DNA of 64,000 bases, from positions 1-64,000 of IMG/VR virus record IMGVR_UViG_3300032312_002284; one strand, written 5' to 3'. This document shows positions 58,899 through 64,000 of this stretch, in pieces. The position numbers were made by a program, and so were the translations under genes. This DNA comes from a virus. Lineage: Duplodnaviria > Caudoviricetes. The number at the start of each line of letters is the position of its first letter. Positions within the stretch are counted from its first letter, which is position 1. Under the pieces are notes generated by a model that saw only the letters and a list, made by a program, of their open reading frames with translations, searched no databases and was not told the origin of the DNA.

Positions 58899-59081
58899 AT
58901 GGATTTTAGTATTTTGTATAAGTTCTTTTGGGTATTTTCACTCTTGTATAGTGGAACGTTTTTGATTAGATTTATATTCTCAATTTTTAAAACTGTTCCT
59001 GAAAAAATACAAGTGAGTTATTGGGAAAGAATTTTTCTGTACATTAATATTTCTTACTTTATAACTTATTTAATAAAATGA
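58899..59081 (+). CDS. Small membrane protein
   Basis: Two hydrophobic segments; coupled to both neighbours. Confidence 0.55.
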   Translation: MDFSILYKFFWVFSLLYSGTFLIRFIFSIFKTVPEKIQVSYWERIFLYINISYFITYLIK

Positions 59082-59521
59082 AAATGTTTGATTACCTAAA
59101 AAAAATTGGCCCTTATTTCTTTCAGTTAAGAAAACTTGAAGACTATTTGGTCTTTGATGTTTTATTTCCTAGTACTTGGAAATTACCCAAAAGATTTGTA
59201 CAAGAAGATAAATTTTTAAATAATGGTGAAACCGAAGATGGTAATTTATCATTATCCTTCATTAGTGATTTTACTGAAGAAGGGGTTGATTTGATATACC
59301 AAAATATAATCGGTATCATTAACTTCAATCTTGAAAGAGAGGAAAAAGAAAGATTACTTGATGAAAAAATTGGTGAGTTAAAAAAATTATTTGATTCACA
59401 AAAATTAGAAAACTTAAAAGAATTAAAGTTTGATATTAATCAATTAAAAGATGCGGTAAATGAAAAGACAAAATCTGGAAACAGAGTTAAACCTACTTCA
59501 GAAATCACAACAGAAGAATGA
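59078..59521 (+). CDS. Hypothetical protein
   Basis: 147-aa ORF, ATGA overlap. Confidence 0.65.
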   Translation: MKMFDYLKKIGPYFFQLRKLEDYLVFDVLFPSTWKLPKRFVQEDKFLNNGETEDGNLSLSFISDFTEEGVDLIYQNIIGIINFNLEREEKERLLDEKIGELKKLFDSQKLENLKELKFDINQLKDAVNEKTKSGNRVKPTSEITTEE

Positions 59522-59645
59522 GTTGGAAATTGAGGACTATAAAAATAGTCTAATCAATGAAATAAAATCTTTTAAAAAAGAAGATTTAGTTAAATCAAAA
59601 AAACTTACACTATGGCAGAGAATCAAGATAATATTGGGTTTGTAG
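59460..59645 (+). CDS. Small hypothetical protein
   Basis: Ends in the amphipathic LTLWQRIKIILGL. Confidence 0.5.
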   Translation: MKRQNLETELNLLQKSQQKNELEIEDYKNSLINEIKSFKKEDLVKSKKLTLWQRIKIILGL

Positions 59646-59833
59646 AAAAATTGGCTCTTATTGCTGATGCTTGTGAAAGTTTAATACCCGTACAAACCAA
59701 TATATTATTTGAGTTAAATGATGAGAATTATAAGAAGGTATGTGAACAAGTTGGGTTTAGTAAAGAAAACTCTGAATTAAAAGTTGATATTGGAATGACA
59801 TCATTTATTTTTATTCGCGAGGGTGAGTTGTAG
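59612..59833 (+). CDS. Small hypothetical protein
   Basis: 73-aa ORF. Confidence 0.55.
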   Translation: MAENQDNIGFVEKLALIADACESLIPVQTNILFELNDENYKKVCEQVGFSKENSELKVDIGMTSFIFIREGEL

Positions 59834-60440
59834 TTTTACGGTATAACATCTTTTTGTTAAAACCATAGTCCTCTAATAACTTATAAAGGTACTTTCTTTG
59901 TTCAATTGAAAAATCAACAGAAATCAAATACGGTTTCTGTTTTTCGTTTGACAGTATATCAATTATCCTTTCACTATCTTCTTCGTTTTTTAATGAAAAC
60001 AATTCAATTAAATCATTATTTTGAGTAATAATTTTATTATTCAACTTTGAAATTAAAGTTAGTTCTTTTTTATTAATGATTGAATTATAAAATTCGTCAT
60101 AAGATATTTTTTTATTTTTTTTAATATCAAATAAAAAATCTTCACTTAGATAGTCATTTAATTTTATAATTTCAAAACCTGAAGATGTTATAGATACATT
60201 TCTACCAAATTTATCGGTAAAGAAAAATTTACTATTTGAATTTAATTCTTCAAAAATTAAACCAATCATATAAGAACACCGTTTACCATTCTCAAACTCT
60301 TTATTAAATTTAACAAGTGAGTTTTTATTTAATAAATCATTATAGTAAGATAGTGCTCGTTGTTTTGTTACAAAACTTTTGACAACTTTCTTTTTTTTAT
60401 TATTTTTAAAAACGACTACTTTGAATTTTTGTTGATTCAT
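59811..60440 (-). CDS. Basic hypothetical protein
   Basis: 209-aa ORF; TATTTAT on the minus strand at 60450-60456. Confidence 0.6.
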   Translation of the reverse strand: MNQQKFKVVVFKNNKKKKVVKSFVTKQRALSYYNDLLNKNSLVKFNKEFENGKRCSYMIGLIFEELNSNSKFFFTDKFGRNVSITSSGFEIIKLNDYLSEDFLFDIKKNKKISYDEFYNSIINKKELTLISKLNNKIITQNNDLIELFSLKNEEDSERIIDILSNEKQKPYLISVDFSIEQRKYLYKLLEDYGFNKKMLYRKTTTHPRE

Positions 60441-60480
60441 ATGTAAAAAATAAATATTAATTTAAAATTTTGAATATAAT

Positions 60481-61407
60481 ATGGAGAATTATTATAGTGC
60501 TTTAGGGGTGTCAGAAAATGCGACACAGGAAGAAATAAAAAAAGCGTACAAAAAACTTGCTGTACAACATCATCCTGATAAAGGAGGTAATGAGGAAACG
60601 TTTAAAAAAATTTCAGAAGCGTACGACACTTTAGGAAACCCGGAAAAAAAACAACAATATGATTTACAGAAAAATAATCAATTTGGTGGTGGAGATGGGT
60701 TTGACCCATTTAGTATGTTCTCAAACATGTTTAATAACATGGGAGGTGGACAAAGAAAGAATCCAGATAAAGTTGTTAATTTAAAAGTTGGTGTTTTTGA
60801 GGCTTATAGAGGGGGAAGAAAATCTGTATCATACATGAGAAATGACAAGTGTGATGTTTGTTATGGTACAGGTGGAGATAAAGAGACTTGTAAACCATGT
60901 CAAGGACATGGGTACTTCACTCAGAGAGTAGGGAATGGATTTTTTCAAACAATTCAAAGAAGTACATGCCAGGCTTGTAATGGGAAAGGGTTTAGATATA
61001 CTAAAGCGTGTTATTCATGTAATGGTAGTACAAACATGGTAAAAATGCAAAACATCGATATTGAATTACCTAGAGGTGTTGATGATGGTACATTCTTCAA
61101 ATCACATGGAGGTGGAGATTATTTAAATGGTTCTTATGGTGATTTATTATTTAAAGTTGAAGTTGTTTCTGAAAATAATTTTGATAAAGTAGGTGCTGAT
61201 TTAGTATATAATTATGACTTTACTGTTGATAGTCTTAATGATGAAAAAATAAATATACCTCATCCTGACGGGAGTTTACAAATTGATTTCCCAAATGACT
61301 TGGAAACAAAAAAACCTTTACGTGTTAAAGGTAAAGGTTTTTACAGAGACGGAAGTGATTTGTACGTAAAATTTAATTTCAAACACAAGAAGTTAAAAGA
61401 ATGTTAA
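60481..61407 (+). CDS. dnaJ: DnaJ (Hsp40) co-chaperone, type I
   Basis: J-domain with HPD; G/F region; four CxxCxGxG repeats; C-terminal substrate-binding domain. Confidence 0.95.
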   Translation: MENYYSALGVSENATQEEIKKAYKKLAVQHHPDKGGNEETFKKISEAYDTLGNPEKKQQYDLQKNNQFGGGDGFDPFSMFSNMFNNMGGGQRKNPDKVVNLKVGVFEAYRGGRKSVSYMRNDKCDVCYGTGGDKETCKPCQGHGYFTQRVGNGFFQTIQRSTCQACNGKGFRYTKACYSCNGSTNMVKMQNIDIELPRGVDDGTFFKSHGGGDYLNGSYGDLLFKVEVVSENNFDKVGADLVYNYDFTVDSLNDEKINIPHPDGSLQIDFPNDLETKKPLRVKGKGFYRDGSDLYVKFNFKHKKLKEC

Positions 61408-61536
61408 AATCCACTTTGTACATTCAATACAACCCCATATAAACATGGTTAAACTGAATAGTTGAAACATTAATAACCATGGTTTAAAATCATTGATTTT
61501 TGCACATGCCTTACATTTTGGTGTATTTTCTATCAT
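61393..61536 (-). CDS. Small membrane protein with an N-terminal CxxC (47 aa)
   Basis: Not in the track; [47 protein letters not shown]. Confidence 0.45.
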   Translation of the reverse strand: MIENTPKCKACAKINDFKPWLLMFQLFSLTMFIWGCIECTKWILTFF

Positions 61537-61595
61537 AATTTAATATTTTATTTGTTATTTTAAATAATAATGATATTTATTTATAAATAAATACA

Positions 61596-61763
61596 ATGGC
61601 ATCAATAAGCGCAAATACTGAATATTTAATTTGTATCGAGTGTTCTGGTACGACTGTCTCAACAAGAACAACACCACATCCAACCTATTCTGATTTAACA
61701 GGGGGAACTGTGACACAATTAAATGCGGTGTTGATTGGTGGAAGAAACGGACTTAATTCTTAG
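61596..61763 (+). CDS. Small putative virion protein (55 aa)
   Basis: Not in the track; MASISANTEYLICIEC...QLNAVLIGGRNGLNS; overlapping TATTTAT motifs at 61574-61584. Confidence 0.6.
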   Translation: MASISANTEYLICIECSGTTVSTRTTPHPTYSDLTGGTVTQLNAVLIGGRNGLNS

Positions 61764-62148
61764 ATTCTGGAACTACAAGATACATCCAAGCGTAATCGTT
61801 ATATTCTATTATTATAAATAACACTCCTGTAATTTCAGAAGGTCCCATATAGAAGTTACAACTATTCCCATTAGAATCTTGCATTCGGTATTGAGCAACA
61901 TTATTTTGTTCTGCAAGTTTACCAACAACATAATAATCTTGTTGAGATTTACTGAAAATAGTAACTTTGGAATCCGTAAGTTTAATTAGAATGTCACAAT
62001 CATTTATTGTTCCGTTCCATACAATTTCATTTGTACTAAAGTCACGGTAACCAATATTAAATGTTCGGGCTCTCGCGTACTCAATGTCTTGAGAAAAAGA
62101 AATGATTGATGTGAATAAGAAAAGAATTGATAAGATAAAGTTTTTCAT
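61753..62148 (-). CDS. Secreted/exported hypothetical protein
   Basis: Signal peptide MKNFILSILFLFTSIISFS-Q; own host-type promoter. Confidence 0.7.
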   Translation of the reverse strand: MKNFILSILFLFTSIISFSQDIEYARARTFNIGYRDFSTNEIVWNGTINDCDILIKLTDSKVTIFSKSQQDYYVVGKLAEQNNVAQYRMQDSNGNSCNFYMGPSEITGVLFIIIEYNDYAWMYLVVPESKN

Positions 62149-62164
62149 TTGTTTTTATTTTCTA

Positions 62165-62195
62165 CAAATGTAAGAATAATATTTTGATTACCAAA
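62165..62195 (-). promoter_or_regulatory. Bacteroidota primary-sigma promoter (exact consensus)
   Basis: Minus strand: TTTG, N19, TACATTTG, upstream of 62148. Confidence 0.75.
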
Positions 62196-62216
62196 GATAA
62201 ATAAATCTAATGTTGG

Positions 62217-62660
62217 TTATTTACGTTTAATTTTAACGTATCTGTACCACAATCTTTCATGAAGAAAATAAATTACAGGTTTAAGAAGTAACTCACCAAT
62301 ACCTAATAAAGAAGACATTTCTAATGATACTCCACAGGAAAGTGCAACCAATACTGTAGTTAAGGTACCAAGTAATCTATAAGAAATAGTTTTTAAAATA
62401 TGACGAAGAATAACAGTTTCTTCCTTTACTGTTTTAACATAAGCAATGTTATCGACCACATTACAATGACCTTCACAACTGATGTGCCATTTATAATCAT
62501 TTAATTCAGGCATCCAATCCTTTGTTGTGAAAGTATGACCATCAATGATAATGTCAGAAACTAATATTTCATTACCATCTTCAATTAATCTCCATCTATC
62601 ATTTTCAGATGTTGATACGGTATTAAATCTGATTTGAAATTTTTTGATTTTGTTTTTCAT
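62217..62660 (-). CDS. DUF2061 membrane-domain protein with an extra N-terminal domain
   Basis: RHILKTISYRLLGTLTT...YFLHERLW matches DUF2061. Confidence 0.75.
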   Translation of the reverse strand: MKNKIKKFQIRFNTVSTSENDRWRLIEDGNEILVSDIIIDGHTFTTKDWMPELNDYKWHISCEGHCNVVDNIAYVKTVKEETVILRHILKTISYRLLGTLTTVLVALSCGVSLEMSSLLGIGELLLKPVIYFLHERLWYRYVKIKRK

Positions 62661-63055
62661 AGTTTTCCTTGAGCTCTTAATTCTTCTCTTATCTTTGTTG
62701 CTGAAATATCGTGTATTTCTTGTGGTGGAATTCTTTCAATGATATTATAACCAACACCTCGTCCAAATTCAATAGAACAAATATCAGGAATAACCATAAC
62801 TTTTATCTTGTTACCCATATCAGAATAATGTTCTTCAATATTTTTTTTAACTTCTTCGGCACTATATGGATTTTTTTCATCAGGTTGAATATCTCTGATA
62901 CAAATTAAAACGTTTTTACCTTCATCTAAAGCCTGTTGAAATAAAGATTGATGACCTTTATGTAAAGGTTGCCATCTACCAACAAACATTGCATATTGAC
63001 CATCTTTTGCAGGTAGTGATGATTCTACGTGAATTTTTTTATCCCAAGTACTCAT
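62657..63055 (-). CDS. HIGH-superfamily nucleotidyltransferase (cytidylyltransferase-like)
   Basis: MFVGRWQPLHKGH (HxGH) and ISATKIR (KMSKS-equivalent); start moved to the ATG at 63055, overlapping the cysC stop (ATGA). Confidence 0.85.
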   Translation of the reverse strand: MSTWDKKIHVESSLPAKDGQYAMFVGRWQPLHKGHQSLFQQALDEGKNVLICIRDIQPDEKNPYSAEEVKKNIEEHYSDMGNKIKVMVIPDICSIEFGRGVGYNIIERIPPQEIHDISATKIREELRAQGKL

Positions 63056-63480
63056 TTTTTGTTGAAAGGTATTAAATGAAGACATTCATCTATTGTTTTA
63101 TTTGTGGTATCAATATCTATAAAGTTTTCAGTAGGTTGTTCATACTCTTTAACAAAGTTTTGTTCTCTACCTCTAATTTCACTTGTATGAACATAGATTT
63201 CAACAACCTTATTTGTTTTCTTTAATGAGTCCCTCATTTCTTTGTAAGGAGCCACAACAGAAATTACAACTGTAAATCCCTTGTGGTCTAAAAAACGAGC
63301 CAAATCAACAACAGATTGGATATTCTTAATTCTACCTTCAGGTGAATAATCAAAGTTTTGAAATAACTCCCTCAAACCATCTCCATCAACATTAATACAA
63401 TTATCTGAACACTTTTCAATTAATGCATTTGCCAATGTTGTTTTTCCAGCACCTGGCTGACCTGTAAACCAATAAATCAT
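63052..63480 (-). CDS. cysC: Adenylylsulfate (APS) kinase
   Basis: IYWFTGQPGAGKTT P-loop; VDGDGLR; DYSPEGRIKN; VVAPY..MR; YEQP. Confidence 0.9.
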   Translation of the reverse strand: MIYWFTGQPGAGKTTLANALIEKCSDNCINVDGDGLRELFQNFDYSPEGRIKNIQSVVDLARFLDHKGFTVVISVVAPYKEMRDSLKKTNKVVEIYVHTSEIRGREQNFVKEYEQPTENFIDIDTTNKTIDECLHLIPFNKK

Positions 63481-63559
63481 ATATTATTTTTTAAAAAAAT
63501 AATATATTAATTGTCTTGGTAAATAGAAAAATATATTAATCAGTTTTTGATATTTGAAA

Positions 63560-64000
63560 TTACCAACAAGTAATTATAACTAATCCGTCACCTCCTCTTC
63601 CACCGGAGCCACCTGTAATTCCGGCACCACCACCTCCTCCACCACAACCTCGACCTGCATTCCCTCCTCTTCCACCTGATTGACCTGCAGTATTATTACT
63701 ACCACCACCTGTTCCTCCTAATGAAATAAATGGTTTTAAAAGGAGTTGTCCGTCAATTCCGTTACCACCACCTGCAGTACCCCCTGAAACGCTAGGGACA
63801 AATCCTGCACCAATGATACCACCTCCTACTCCGGTGGTATTACCTGTGGTTATTCCTGCCCCACCTCTACCTTCGCCAAGTATAGATGAACCTGTTCCAT
63901 ATATACCGTTTAAAGCGGTCCCTGATGCATTACCATTACCACCTGAAACTCCATCTCTTGTTGTTAGTATACCTAAAGACCCAATAGTGTAATTGCGTGT
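63560..64000 (-). CDS. Partial glycine-rich fibre-type protein (C-terminus; runs off the window end)
   Basis: Not in the track; open frame ending ...GGRGGNAGRGCGGGGGGAGITGGSGGRGGDGLVIITCW*, a GG.G.V.I.W ending typical of Gly-rich virion domains. Confidence 0.75.
   Translation of the reverse strand, partial: TRNYTIGSLGILTTRDGVSGGNGNASGTALNGIYGTGSSILGEGRGGAGITTGNTTGVGGGIIGAGFVPSVSGGTAGGGNGIDGQLLLKPFISLGGTGGGSNNTAGQSGGRGGNAGRGCGGGGGGAGITGGSGGRGGDGLVIITCW

Noticed and set aside
1-64000. Alternative genetic code (stop-codon reassignment)
   Set aside because: ORFs up to 1794 aa are open in the standard code, and TAA, TGA and TAG all end genes at sensible, often coupled, positions
1-64000. Eukaryotic giant virus (suggested by SET, sulfotransferase, DnaJ and mucin-like repeats)
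   Set aside because: gp25/gp6 baseplate genes, a sigma-70 factor, a DnaG-type primase, intrinsic terminators and Bacteroidota promoters point to a bacteriophage
1-64000. tRNA, rRNA, introns or inteins
   Set aside because: Intergenic gaps are short and almost pure A/T; no cloverleaf, splice-junction or Hint motifs were recognised by eye (tRNAscan/Infernal not run)

Overview
This window is a 64-kb piece of a large, AT-rich (roughly 30% G+C by eye) contractile-tailed bacteriophage of the T4-like/jumbo type. The host is probably a Bacteroidota species. Host evidence: two exact TTTG-N19/21-TAnnTTTG promoters, no Shine-Dalgarno sites, SprB repeats, a Bacteroidota-type RpoD sigma factor, a DUF6576-like motif and an Hc1-like histone. 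Bases 462-40 kb are a virion operon: gp25- and gp6-like baseplate wedge proteins, large baseplate proteins, SprB-repeat proteins, Thr/Pro-linker modular proteins, two 1500-aa fibres made of 15-aa repeats, and three LamG lectins. A glycosyltransferase, SET-domain and sulfotransferase trio sits inside this operon. Bases 40-53 kb carry RuvC, an inverted modular adhesin pair, primase, a PD-(D/E)XK nuclease, a rearranged Mre11/Rad50 pair and the sigma factor. Bases 53-64 kb carry a possible lysis trio, probable internal head proteins, the Hc1-like protein, DnaJ, and an APS kinase / HIGH-nucleotidyltransferase / DUF2061 cluster behind a Gly-rich fibre gene. The most interesting candidate system is phage-encoded glycosylation and sulfation of a mucin-like, modular virion surface, with its own PAPS supply. 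This is an inference from gene content and context. All family calls come from motif recognition by eye; no searches were run. I found no tRNA, rRNA, CRISPR array or reverse transcriptase.
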